Part shown: positions 16,853 to 25,769 of the stretch, in pieces
How positions within the stretch are numbered: the stretch's first letter is position 1
How the letters are laid out: each line of letters starts with the position of its first letter
Source of the DNA: Candidatus Acidiferrales bacterium
GTDB lineage: Bacteria; Vulcanimicrobiota; Vulcanimicrobiia; Vulcanimicrobiales; Vulcanimicrobiaceae
NCBI GenBank assembly: GCA_035504755.1
Contig: DATJRM010000024.1
Coordinates: forward strand, 765 to 64,764
DNA: 64,000 bases
Direction of reading: 5' to 3'
Program-made: the position numbers and the translations under genes
The notes under the pieces: model-generated
What the model saw: the letters and a program-made list of their open reading frames with translations, nothing else
Told to the model about the DNA's origin: nothing
Database searches by the model: none

Positions 16853-18280
16853 ATGCCCGAGTTGCGTGATTTCCTCGAGCTATCTTACGCTGAACTCGAG
16901 GAACTCAACCTAGCCGCAAAACAGCAGCGCAAGGACCGGGTTCCCTTCGAGAGAGTCCAGCAAGACCGCCTCAGCTACCTTGAAAAGGAGAAACGGATCA
17001 AGGCGGTCACGGTCCTCTTCTGCGATCTCGAGGGCCGCTTGCACATGCTCGACTACGACAAGAAGTTCTTGCTGAAGTCGCATGACAACCTGACCTTCGA
17101 CGGCTCCTCGATTCGAGGATTTACCGCACAACGCGAGAGCGATCTGCGTCTGTTGTGCGACTGGTCGTCGTTCTTCTGGGCGCCGGCAGACGTTTTCGGC
17201 CCCGGCAAGGTGCTCGTCTTCGGTGACGTGCTCAATCGCGACGGTTCGCCCTTCACCGGGGCGATCCGCGGCCAGCTCAAGCAATTCGCCGACGAGCAAT
17301 TTGCCAAAAACGGCTATACGCTCAATGCCGCCAATGAAATCGAAGGCTTCCTGTTCGGCGGCGTCGACGCCGAACAGCGGTTCTACGATACGGGTGAGTT
17401 CGAATACGTCAACACCGGCGGATACTACAAGTCGCTCCCGGGAGACCCGTTGCGCACCTTTATCGATACGGTCGCCGAAGTGCAGCGCGCGATGGGCTTC
17501 GAGAATGAGAAGGACCACCCGGAGGTTGCGCCGTCGCAGTTCGAGGTGAACTATAACTATGGAGACGCTGTTGCGGCAGCCGATCGCATTGCACTTTATA
17601 AACTGATCTGCCGGCAAGTAGCGACCAGCATGGACATGACGGCGAGTTTCTTGCCGAAACCGGTCGTCGGCGTCAACGGCAACGGCATGCACACCAACGT
17701 TTCGGTCAGCAAGGACGGGAAGAATCTCTTCTGGGATCCCAAAGGCCAGGAGAACATGAGTTCGCTGGCGCTGCAGTTCACGGATCGCATTTTGAGCGCC
17801 GGGCTCGACATTTGTCTGGTGCTCAACTCATCGGTGAATGCCTATCGGCGGCTGGATCCGCATTTCGAAGCGCCCAATCAAATCAAGGCGTCGGCCGTGG
17901 ATCGCGGCGCGATGGTCCGCTTCCCGATCGGCAACGAGCGCAGCGTGCGCATCGAAGTCCGTTCGGTGGCACCCGACGCCAATCCGTACATGGTCATGCT
18001 CGCCGTCTTCAAGACCGGCCTCGCCGGAGAGATCGCGAGCACGCCCAACCTTCGTCAGGCCGAGCGCTACCTGCCCGACAATATCTACGATGCGCTCGAT
18101 GCGTTTCGCGCATCGAAGTGGACGAGCACGCTGCTGGGCGAGGACGTCAAGGGACGTTACGCGGAGCTCAAACAGGGAGCCGCCGATCGCTGTCCGCGAG
18201 CGCTGGGCACGTTCGTCAAAGCGCCCGAAGTGCAGTTCCATCACGAAGTGTACAACCAATACCTCTGGAATCAATTTTAG
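16853..18280 (+). CDS. glnA: glutamine synthetase (type I-like, with an N-terminal extension of about 45 aa)
   Basis: It has a beta-grasp (VLFCDLEGRLHML...TFDGSSIRGF) and a catalytic domain (KDHPEVAPSQFEVNY, NGNGMHTNVS, RVRFP...R.E.R). AAGGAG lies upstream of the ATG. Confidence 0.9.
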   Translation: MPELRDFLELSYAELEELNLAAKQQRKDRVPFERVQQDRLSYLEKEKRIKAVTVLFCDLEGRLHMLDYDKKFLLKSHDNLTFDGSSIRGFTAQRESDLRLLCDWSSFFWAPADVFGPGKVLVFGDVLNRDGSPFTGAIRGQLKQFADEQFAKNGYTLNAANEIEGFLFGGVDAEQRFYDTGEFEYVNTGGYYKSLPGDPLRTFIDTVAEVQRAMGFENEKDHPEVAPSQFEVNYNYGDAVAAADRIALYKLICRQVATSMDMTASFLPKPVVGVNGNGMHTNVSVSKDGKNLFWDPKGQENMSSLALQFTDRILSAGLDICLVLNSSVNAYRRLDPHFEAPNQIKASAVDRGAMVRFPIGNERSVRIEVRSVAPDANPYMVMLAVFKTGLAGEIASTPNLRQAERYLPDNIYDALDAFRASKWTSTLLGEDVKGRYAELKQGAADRCPRALGTFVKAPEVQFHHEVYNQYLWNQF

Positions 18281-18378
18281 GGGCCTTCGCGCCGCTTTCT
18301 CGATCTGGCCAAAACAACGGCCATCTAACGCGTCACTTGTCTAAAGTCCCGGGCAACGATTTTGCGGTATAGTTCCGC

Positions 18379-19881
18379 ATGATCGTATTAGCTGACGTCA
18401 ATCCGTATTTGGAAGCCCCGAAGTGGCTGAACCCCGGCGACACCGCATGGCAACTCACCGCCGCGACGTTCGTCGGGCTCCAGAGCATCCCGGGGCTCGC
18501 CATTTTGTACGCCGGGCTCGTCAAGAAGAAGTGGGCGCTCAACTCGGCGGTCATGGTCTTCTATGCTTTTGCGATCGTGCTTTTGAGCTGGTCGCTGCTC
18601 GGCTACAACATGAGCTTCGGTAATCCGGCCAAGTTAGGTCCGGGCATTCTCTCGGCACTGGTCGGCATTCCGGGACCCGCGCTCTCGCCGTTCTTCGAGA
18701 TCGGACAATCGGTCGTTCCGCTCGCCGCGAGCGGCATGCCCGACCTCCACTTCCCGGGATCGGCGATGATTTATTTCCAGTTCGTGTTCGCGGCGATCAC
18801 GCCCATCTTGATCGCCGGCTCGGTTTTCGGACGCATGAATTTCAAGGCCTGGATGGTCTTCGTACCACTCTGGAGTCTGATCGTCTACTCGATCGGCGCG
18901 TTTTCGCTGTGGGGCGGCGGGTGGCTCGCGCAGTTGGGTGCCGTCGACTACTCGGGCGGCTACGTCATTCATTTGGCGGCCGGCGTCTCGGGTTTCGTGG
19001 CTGCGGCCGTGGTTGGCCCGCGGCTGCTCGCCGATCAACGCGACTTCGAGCCGAATAATCTGATCATGGCTTTTGCCGGCGCGGGCATTCTTTGGCTCGG
19101 TTGGAACGGGTTCAACGGCGGCGATCCCTATTTCGCCAACGCCGATGCGGGTGCGGCCGTGCTCAACACCAACATCGCGACCGCAACCGCGTTGCTCGTC
19201 TGGCTGGTGGCCGACATGCTGAAAACCGGGAAACCGAACGCGGTCTCGATGATCAACGGCATGATCGCCGGTCTCGTCGCGATCACGCCTTGCGCCGGCT
19301 ACGTCAACGGCTACGGCGCCATCGCGGTCGGCGCCGTGACGATCGTCCCGTGGCTCACGTTGAACTATCTCGGCAAGCTCAAGTTCATGCGGAAGGTCGA
19401 CGACACGTTCTCGGTGTTGCACACGCACGGCGTGGCGGGGCTCATCGGCGGCCTCATGGCCGGGCTCGTCGCCGATCCGAAGATGATCGAATACATCGCC
19501 AATCCGGCGGCCGGAAAGAATGGCGCGACGGTGACGGTCTCGGGCTGGTTCTACGGCGGCGGACCGGCACAGTTCGTCCATCAAGCGGAAGCAGCGCTCT
19601 TTATCATCGCGCTCAACGTCGTCGGGACGTTCGTGATCCTCAAGCTCATCGGCTTCGTGGTGCCGCTGCGCGCGACCGAAGACCACATGGAGGCGGGCGA
19701 TCTCGCGATTCACGGCGTCGACCCAATGCCCGGCGTCGGCGTGGTGACCGGCGCGACCGCCGGCATCCGTGCGAACGATCACAGCGCCACGAAACGGGCG
19801 ATATGGTCGCGCCATCGGTGGTCGCCCGGGGCGCCGGCAGGGACCCTGTCACGGGCGACGAACGTACGTTCGCATAAATAG
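18379..19881 (+). CDS. amt: ammonium transporter (Amt family)
   Basis: It has the Amt signature (AWQLTAATFVGLQSIPGLAILYAG, DYSGGYVIHLAAG, FSVLHTHGVAGLIGG). It carries a C-terminal tail of roughly 50 aa with atypical composition. No glnK follows. Confidence 0.9.
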   Translation: MIVLADVNPYLEAPKWLNPGDTAWQLTAATFVGLQSIPGLAILYAGLVKKKWALNSAVMVFYAFAIVLLSWSLLGYNMSFGNPAKLGPGILSALVGIPGPALSPFFEIGQSVVPLAASGMPDLHFPGSAMIYFQFVFAAITPILIAGSVFGRMNFKAWMVFVPLWSLIVYSIGAFSLWGGGWLAQLGAVDYSGGYVIHLAAGVSGFVAAAVVGPRLLADQRDFEPNNLIMAFAGAGILWLGWNGFNGGDPYFANADAGAAVLNTNIATATALLVWLVADMLKTGKPNAVSMINGMIAGLVAITPCAGYVNGYGAIAVGAVTIVPWLTLNYLGKLKFMRKVDDTFSVLHTHGVAGLIGGLMAGLVADPKMIEYIANPAAGKNGATVTVSGWFYGGGPAQFVHQAEAALFIIALNVVGTFVILKLIGFVVPLRATEDHMEAGDLAIHGVDPMPGVGVVTGATAGIRANDHSATKRAIWSRHRWSPGAPAGTLSRATNVRSHK

Positions 19882-19934
19882 GCACTTTCACGAGGCGCGC
19901 CGGCATGGTAAGATCAGCCGTCCGGCCGCCTCGG

Positions 19935-19968
19935 GTGACCGGACAGTGGCCCGGATCTGCCGGGTCAC
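19935..19968 (+). terminator. imperfect stem-loop downstream of amt (weak terminator/attenuator candidate)
   Basis: GTGACCGGACAG...CTGCCGGGTCAC forms about 11 bp with one bulge and one mismatch. Only TT follows, so it is not a canonical intrinsic terminator. Confidence 0.3.
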
Positions 19969-19992
19969 TTGGCTAGAACGCGTCTTCAAATT

Positions 19993-20020
19993 GTCATCCT
20001 GAGCCCCTGTCGAAGGACGC
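19993..20020. repeat. solitary copy of the GTCATCCTGAGC...TCGAAGGACGC repeat family
   Basis: gtcatcctgagcccctgtcgaaggacgc is the same unit (T/A variant with a 2-nt insertion) as the array at 63387..64000. It lies in the amt-rpsR intergenic region. Confidence 0.8.
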
Positions 20021-20052
20021 GTTTCAACCACCTAGTCGAAAGGACAACTTTA

Positions 20053-20298
20053 GTGGCCACCAAGACGAAGCGCGCGGTGAAAGATCGCCGCCCTAAGCGC
20101 AAATCGTGTAATTTTTGCGCCGACAAAGCGCTCGACATCAGTTATCGCGACGTCAACCGTCTCAAGAAGTACGTGTCGGAGCGCGGCAAAATCGTTCCGC
20201 GTCGTATCTCGGGCAATTGCGCCAAGCATCAGCGTTTGCTCACGACCGCGGTCAAGCGCGCGCGCATCATCGCGTTTCTTCCATTCGTTTCCGAATAA
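20053..20298 (+). CDS. rpsR: 30S ribosomal protein S18
   Basis: I trimmed the ORF to GTG 20053. The sequence is [71 protein letters not shown]. Confidence 0.95.
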   Translation: MATKTKRAVKDRRPKRKSCNFCADKALDISYRDVNRLKKYVSERGKIVPRRISGNCAKHQRLLTTAVKRARIIAFLPFVSE

Positions 20299-20322
20299 TC
20301 ATCACGATCACGGAGTCTTAGC

Positions 20323-20769
20323 ATGAAACTCATTCTTCTGAGCGACGTCAAAGCGCTCGGGAAGAAGGGCGACGTCGTCGACGTCGCCGAGGGCTACGCG
20401 CGCAACTTCCTCTTGCCGCGCAATCTCGCGTCCGAAGCTAACAAGGGTGCGCTCGCCGCGCACGCCGATCAAAAGCGCGCGCAAGCGAAACGCGAAGCGC
20501 AAACGCTCGCCGACGCCAAAGAGCTGGCCACGAGGATCGAGAGCACTCCGCTCGACGTCAAGGCGAAAGCGGGCGGCAACGGTAAGCTGTTCGGCGCGGT
20601 CACCAACGCCGACGTCGCGCACGCGATCGCAAGCACGCTTTCGGTCGACGTCGACAAGCACAAGATCGAGATCAAAAGCCAGATCAAGGCGCTGGGCACC
20701 TATCCGGTCGAGATCAAGCTGCACCGCAACGTGGTCGCCAAAGCGACGATCAACGTCGTGTCGTCGTAA
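20323..20769 (+). CDS. rplI: 50S ribosomal protein L9
   Basis: The N-terminus is [36 protein letters not shown]. Confidence 0.95.
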   Translation: MKLILLSDVKALGKKGDVVDVAEGYARNFLLPRNLASEANKGALAAHADQKRAQAKREAQTLADAKELATRIESTPLDVKAKAGGNGKLFGAVTNADVAHAIASTLSVDVDKHKIEIKSQIKALGTYPVEIKLHRNVVAKATINVVSS

Positions 20770-20779
20770 GAGGACCCAG

Positions 20780-22765
20780 ATGGCTGCCGGAACCGACGGC
20801 ACCTACGCGTCGCGTCTGCGGCGCAAGTACGGCGTTGAGGACGAGCTCAATCGCTACGTAACGGCCCTCTACCAGATGTTGGCCGGAGCGATCGGGCAGG
20901 ACAAGCTGGTCCTGCGCGCCGGGAAGGTGAGCGCGCTCAAGATGATGCGCTCGCAGAATCTCACCGACCGTCTCTGCGCGCTCAGCCGTCTTGTCTTCGA
21001 GGATCCAACGCTCGAGCGCGCGTCGACGCGCGGGCAACAGCGCAAGATGATTGCCGAGATCGAAGAAGCGATGGCCGATCTCCTCGCGCAGAAGAGTGTC
21101 GGCGACGCGATCGAGCGCAAGGTCTCCGAGAAGATGAATGCGCGTCATCAGGAGTACCTCAACGACCTCAAGCTCGAGGCGCTGCGCGAAGACTCCGGAC
21201 CGGAGACTCCGGCGACGCAAGCGAAGCTCGAAGAACTCGAAGCGCTCTCGGCGCGCAATCTCGCCGCGTCGGCGCTGCAGCAGCTGCGCCCGCAACGCCT
21301 TTCGGAGATCGTGGGGCAGGAAGGTGCGATCAAGGCGCTGCTCGCCAAGATCAGCTCGCCGTACCCGCAGCACGTCATCCTCTACGGACCGCCCGGCGTC
21401 GGCAAGACGACCGCGGCGCGCCTGGTGCTGGAACTGGCAAAGACGCGCGCCTACACGCCGTTTGCCAAGGACGCGCCGTTCGTCGAAACCAGCGGCACGA
21501 CACTGCGTTGGGACCCGCGTGAGACGACCAACCCGTTGCTGGGGAGCGTGCACGATCCGATCTATCAAGGGAGCCGGCGCGAGTTTGCCGAGGCCGGGAT
21601 TCCCGAGCCGAAGCTTGGACTCGTCACGCGCGCCCACGGCGGCGTGCTCTTCATCGACGAAATCGGCGAACTCGATCCGCTGCTCCAGACGCGTCTGCTC
21701 AAAGTACTCGAAGACAAGCGCGTGACCTTCGAGTCGTCATATTACGACGAGAAAGCGCCAAACGTCCCGGCCTACGTCAAGCGGCTCTTCAAGGAAGGCG
21801 CGCCGGCCGATTTCGTTTTGATCGGCGCGACCACGCGCGAACCCGACGAGATCGATCCGGCGATCCGTTCGCGCGCGACCGAGATCTTCTTCGCGCCGCT
21901 GACGCAAACGCAGATCGTCTCGATCGTCAACGGTGCGGTCAAACGGTTGCGCGCCAAAGCCGCGCGTGGTGTGCCGCAGCTCATCGCGTCGTACACGATC
22001 GAGGGCCGCAAGGCGGTGCAGATCGTCGCGGACGCCTACAGTCAGGCGCTCTATCGCGTCGACCCCAAGCACAGCAATGCCTCGGTAGCGATTACGGAAG
22101 ACGACGTGCGCGTCGTTGTGCAGACCAGCCGCCTGGTTCCGCACACGCTGGTACGCGCGCGCCGAACTCGCGAGATCGGCAAGACCTTCGGTCTGGGCGT
22201 TCACAATTACCTCGGCAGTATCATCGAGATCGAGGCGGTCGCGTTTCCGGCGGCGCAGCCTAGCCGCGGGTCGATTCGCTTCAACGAAACCGCGGGCTCG
22301 ATGGCCAAAGACTCCGTTTTCAACGCGACCAGCGTGCTGCGCGCACTGACTGCGATCGACGTCTCGGATTTCGACCTGCACATCAACATCGTCGGCGGCG
22401 GCAACATCGACGGCCCGTCGGCAGGACTCGCGATCTTTCTGGCGCTCTACTCCGCCACGACCAAGACGCCGCTCCCCCAGGACGTCGCGATTACGGGCGA
22501 GCTCTCGATCCAGGGCAAGATTCGCGCAGTGGGAGGCGTGGTGGAGAAGCTCTATGCCGCGCGCCAAGCGGGGATGCGCGCGCTGCTCTTGCCCAAGGAA
22601 AATGCCCGCGAGGTGAACGCTGCGCTGGCCGGCCTCGAGATTTTGCCGGTCGCGACCGTGGAGCAGGCGCTTCGTGCACTGCGAGTTCACAACGTATCCA
22701 CCCGTCGTTCACAAGGTCATTCGCAAGGTCGCTCACAAGGCGCGCGTCGCAAGAGCCGAGCGTGA
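20780..22765 (+). CDS. Lon-like AAA+ serine protease (LonB-type, soluble, coiled-coil N-terminus)
   Basis: I trimmed the ORF to ATG 20780. It has Walker A GPPGVGKTT, Walker B VLFIDEIGEL, Lon catalytic DGPSAGLAIFLALYSA and the downstream K in GGVVEKLYAARQAG. It sits between rplI and dnaB. Confidence 0.85.
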   Translation: MAAGTDGTYASRLRRKYGVEDELNRYVTALYQMLAGAIGQDKLVLRAGKVSALKMMRSQNLTDRLCALSRLVFEDPTLERASTRGQQRKMIAEIEEAMADLLAQKSVGDAIERKVSEKMNARHQEYLNDLKLEALREDSGPETPATQAKLEELEALSARNLAASALQQLRPQRLSEIVGQEGAIKALLAKISSPYPQHVILYGPPGVGKTTAARLVLELAKTRAYTPFAKDAPFVETSGTTLRWDPRETTNPLLGSVHDPIYQGSRREFAEAGIPEPKLGLVTRAHGGVLFIDEIGELDPLLQTRLLKVLEDKRVTFESSYYDEKAPNVPAYVKRLFKEGAPADFVLIGATTREPDEIDPAIRSRATEIFFAPLTQTQIVSIVNGAVKRLRAKAARGVPQLIASYTIEGRKAVQIVADAYSQALYRVDPKHSNASVAITEDDVRVVVQTSRLVPHTLVRARRTREIGKTFGLGVHNYLGSIIEIEAVAFPAAQPSRGSIRFNETAGSMAKDSVFNATSVLRALTAIDVSDFDLHINIVGGGNIDGPSAGLAIFLALYSATTKTPLPQDVAITGELSIQGKIRAVGGVVEKLYAARQAGMRALLLPKENAREVNAALAGLEILPVATVEQALRALRVHNVSTRRSQGHSQGRSQGARRKSRA

Positions 22766-24132
22766 GCGTCTCGCACCTCCATAGCGGCTCGATCGATCGC
22801 ATTCCGCCTCATAACCTCGAGGCGGAGATGGCGCTGATCGGTTCGGTTCTCGTCGATCGGGAGATCATGGGCGTCGTCGGCGAGATCGTTCGCGCCGATG
22901 ACTTCTACGCGCACGTACACGAAACGATCTTTGCGGTGCTCTACGATCTCTTCTATCGTGGCGAGCCGCTCGATAAGATCTCCGTTGCCGAAGCGTTACG
23001 CACGCGCGATCAACTCGAAAAGGTCGGCGGCCTTTCGTATCTGAGTTCGCTGATGGACACCGTGCAGACGGCGGCATCGGCAAAGTACTATGCGCAGATC
23101 GTACGCGAAAAGGCGACGCTGCGCTCGCTGATCCATGCCGGGACGCAGATCACGCAGCTCGGCTATGAGGCCGAAGAAGACGTCGACGCCGCGCTCGATC
23201 GATCCGAGCAGATGGTCTACTCGATCGGCGAACGCACGATGAACGGCGCTTTCGTCGCGGTCAACGCCTTGATGAAGGATGCGTTCGAGGACATCGATCG
23301 TCTCTTTCATGCGCGTGGGGACCGCACCGGTGCGACCTCCGGTTTCCGCGACATCGATAACATGACCACCGGGTTTCAGCCGGGCAATTTCATCATCGTC
23401 GCCGCCCGTCCCGGCATGGGCAAGACGTCATTTGCGCTCAACGCCGCCGTAGCCGCGGCGCGCGAGGCGAGAGAACCGGTCGCGTTCTTCTCGCTCGAGA
23501 TGTCCAACAACGAGCTCATCCAGCGCCTGATCTGCTCGGAGGCGCAACTCTCGATGCACGATTTGCGGCGCGGTAACATCAAATCGCATCAGTGGGAAGA
23601 CATCTCGCGCGCAATGGGGAGCCTCAACGAGCTGCCGATCTACCTCGACGACGCAGGCGGTCTCTCGGTCACCGAGTTACGCAGCCGGTGCCGCCGGCTC
23701 AAATCGACGAGCGGCCTCGCCGCAGTTTTCGTCGACTATCTGCAGCTTTTGCGTCCCGGCGTGCTGCAGAAGAACATGAATCGCAACGAAGAGCTCTCCG
23801 AGATCTGCCGAACGATGAAAGTGACGGCGAAAGATCTCGGCGTACCGATCATTGCGCTTGCGCAACTCAATCGCGGCGTCGAAACGCGTAACGACAAGCG
23901 CCCAATGCTTGCGGACCTTCGTGACTCCGGCTCCCTCGAACAGGAGTCGGATCTCGTGGCGTTTCTCTATCGCGATGGGTACTACAATCCCGAGGGGCCC
24001 GAGCCCGACGTCACCGAGTTCATCATCGCCAAGCATCGCAACGGCCCGACCGGCAGCGTGAAACTCCGCTTCCAAAAAGAGTACACGCTCTTCCTACCCT
24101 ATGCCGACGAGAGTCACTTCCCGCCGCCTTAG
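22762..24132 (+). CDS. dnaB: replicative DNA helicase DnaB
   Basis: It has PPHNLEAEMALIGSVL, Walker A ARPGMGKTSFAL and a RecA-like C-terminal domain. The GTG start overlaps the Lon stop (GTGA). Its size gives no sign of an intein. Confidence 0.95.
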   Translation: MSVSHLHSGSIDRIPPHNLEAEMALIGSVLVDREIMGVVGEIVRADDFYAHVHETIFAVLYDLFYRGEPLDKISVAEALRTRDQLEKVGGLSYLSSLMDTVQTAASAKYYAQIVREKATLRSLIHAGTQITQLGYEAEEDVDAALDRSEQMVYSIGERTMNGAFVAVNALMKDAFEDIDRLFHARGDRTGATSGFRDIDNMTTGFQPGNFIIVAARPGMGKTSFALNAAVAAAREAREPVAFFSLEMSNNELIQRLICSEAQLSMHDLRRGNIKSHQWEDISRAMGSLNELPIYLDDAGGLSVTELRSRCRRLKSTSGLAAVFVDYLQLLRPGVLQKNMNRNEELSEICRTMKVTAKDLGVPIIALAQLNRGVETRNDKRPMLADLRDSGSLEQESDLVAFLYRDGYYNPEGPEPDVTEFIIAKHRNGPTGSVKLRFQKEYTLFLPYADESHFPPP

Positions 24133-24530
24133 CTTTCCGACCGTAACTGTTCGAAAAATTCCACGGCTGAATCGCGCAGCACGTTGAGCAGCCGGCCGAA
24201 GTGCGGGCGCACCTCTTCCGCAGTGCTCACGCACAGCTCGACGGTGAAAAGCACGTCGCTCTCCTCCAGCCAAAGCGCCGTTTTCACGAACTTCTTGCGC
24301 ACGTTCAAACGGTTGGCCACGTCGATCGCGTCTTGCGCATCGATACCTTGCGGGAGCGCCCACCCCGAGCCGATCATGATGAAGGTCGGATCGTCGCGGT
24401 ACGAGACGATGAAGTAGCGGTCGCCTTCGCTCTTGAAGGCGATGCGGAAAGCGTCCTCGTCGTCGTCCCGGCTGAAAAAGAGGCCTTCGTCCTCGAGCGC
24501 CGCCTCGACCGACTCGAGCGGATCGGTCAC
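24129..24530 (-). CDS. acidic YbjN-like (T3SS-chaperone-fold) protein, tentative
   Basis: It is a 133-aa acidic protein whose pattern (D..F.I.F...G..Y.....D......I......P......A....N.LN...KF) resembles the YbjN family. I assigned the family from memory of its pattern only. Confidence 0.45.
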   Translation of the reverse strand: MTDPLESVEAALEDEGLFFSRDDDEDAFRIAFKSEGDRYFIVSYRDDPTFIMIGSGWALPQGIDAQDAIDVANRLNVRKKFVKTALWLEESDVLFTVELCVSTAEEVRPHFGRLLNVLRDSAVEFFEQLRSES

Positions 24531-24994
24531 CGGTCTGGCATCATGAACGAGTTGATGAACTTCTCGGCTGCGACTTTACTCTCGGTGCGATCGACCATGT
24601 CTTCGACCGCGTACGAACCCGCCTCCCGGACACGCGCAACGAGGTGCCAAAAGGCGCTCATCAACTCTTGTATCGACGTCGCTTGTTGCTCGAGAGTCGC
24701 CACGAACAGACTCCCATCGTGCGCGAGCGTGAACGCGACGTCGCCGTGCTGGGCGCGAACGCGCTCGAGCGTTTCGGCGTTTTGGCTACGCTCGCGCGCC
24801 CACTCGGGAATCTCATAGGCCGTGGAGATGCTGATGAGGGTGGCGTCGTTCTCGTTGGTGGTGACCGAGAAAACCTGACCGCGCGTTCGGAAGAGCAGTT
24901 CGCTTACGCCGGTGCCCGGATCGACGGGCGATGCGTCGACACGGTGGCCTTCGCCCTCGATGAAGCGCAGCATTCGCTCACGTACGCTGGACAT
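24527..24994 (-). CDS. acidic YbjN-like protein, paralogous architecture to 24129..24530
   Basis: It is 155 aa with the same overall layout. Its stop overlaps the downstream start (ATGA). Confidence 0.4.
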   Translation of the reverse strand: MSSVRERMLRFIEGEGHRVDASPVDPGTGVSELLFRTRGQVFSVTTNENDATLISISTAYEIPEWARERSQNAETLERVRAQHGDVAFTLAHDGSLFVATLEQQATSIQELMSAFWHLVARVREAGSYAVEDMVDRTESKVAAEKFINSFMMPDR

Positions 24995-25499
24995 CGATGC
25001 CTTCGGCGATGTACGAACGCGAGAGCTCGACGTATTCCTCCGCCGCGATCTCGATCCAGGTGGCGGCCTCGCCCTCGATCGCTTTCTTCACCTTGGCGGG
25101 TACGCCGGCCGCGAGCACGTGGTCGGGAATCTCCACCCGCTCTCCGACGACGCTGCCGGCCGCGACGAGCGAACCCTCCCCGATGATGCAGCCGTTGAGC
25201 AGGACCGCGTTGCTGCCGATCAGCGCATGCCGCTTTACGTGGCAGTCCTCCATGACCGCGCAGTGGCCGATCGTGACGTCGTCGTCGATTTGCGTGAGGC
25301 GCATGACATGAATTACGGCGTTGTCCTGCACCGAGGTACGCGCTCCGACGCGGATGGGACCGTTGTCGCCGCGAAGGACGGCACCGAACCAGATGCTCGA
25401 CTCCTCGCCGACTTCCACGTCGCCGATGAGCACCGCCGTAGGTGCCACAAACGCGCTCGGATGAATTTTTGGGGTCTTGCCGCGGTACGGAATGATCAT
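24978..25499 (-). CDS. gamma-class carbonic anhydrase-like left-handed beta-helix protein (YrdA/PaaY-like)
   Basis: I trimmed the ORF to MIIPYRGKTPKIHPSAFVAPTAVLIGDVEVGEESSIWFGAVLRGD. It has hexapeptide repeats. Confidence 0.85.
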   Translation of the reverse strand: MIIPYRGKTPKIHPSAFVAPTAVLIGDVEVGEESSIWFGAVLRGDNGPIRVGARTSVQDNAVIHVMRLTQIDDDVTIGHCAVMEDCHVKRHALIGSNAVLLNGCIIGEGSLVAAGSVVGERVEIPDHVLAAGVPAKVKKAIEGEAATWIEIAAEEYVELSRSYIAEGIDVQRT

Positions 25500-25517
25500 T
25501 GAGCGAAGTAGTACGCT

Positions 25518-25766
25518 ATGCACCGTCATAACACCCCGCTACGCGGCGTGAAAGCGATTCCCCGGCCCAAGGCGGGAGAGGCGGGATATTCCGACGTGAA
25601 CTATGCGTACGCCGGGCGCGAGGGACACATTCACGAGGTCGTAGAGATGAACGGCCGGAAGCTGGCAAAGGTCGGTTTCGACGACCGTAAGATCGTCTAT
25701 TACTATCTCGAAGATTTGGAACTCGATCCCACCGCGAAGCGCGGGACCTTTCATGACAAAGGATAG
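25518..25766 (+). CDS. small hypothetical protein
   Basis: This ORF sits immediately upstream of the beta-propeller gene. The start is doubtful because only 18 nt separate it from the divergent gene start. I recognise no family. Confidence 0.35.
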   Translation: MHRHNTPLRGVKAIPRPKAGEAGYSDVNYAYAGREGHIHEVVEMNGRKLAKVGFDDRKIVYYYLEDLELDPTAKRGTFHDKG

Positions 25767-25769
25767 AGC

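Noticed and set aside
20780-22765. Lon-like protease as a defence-system component (BrxL-like)
   Set aside because: It sits in the housekeeping rplI-dnaB context, translationally coupled to dnaB, with no other BREX or defence genes around. As far as I recall, a Lon-like protease between rplI and dnaB is a conserved arrangement in several Gram-positive-type lineages.
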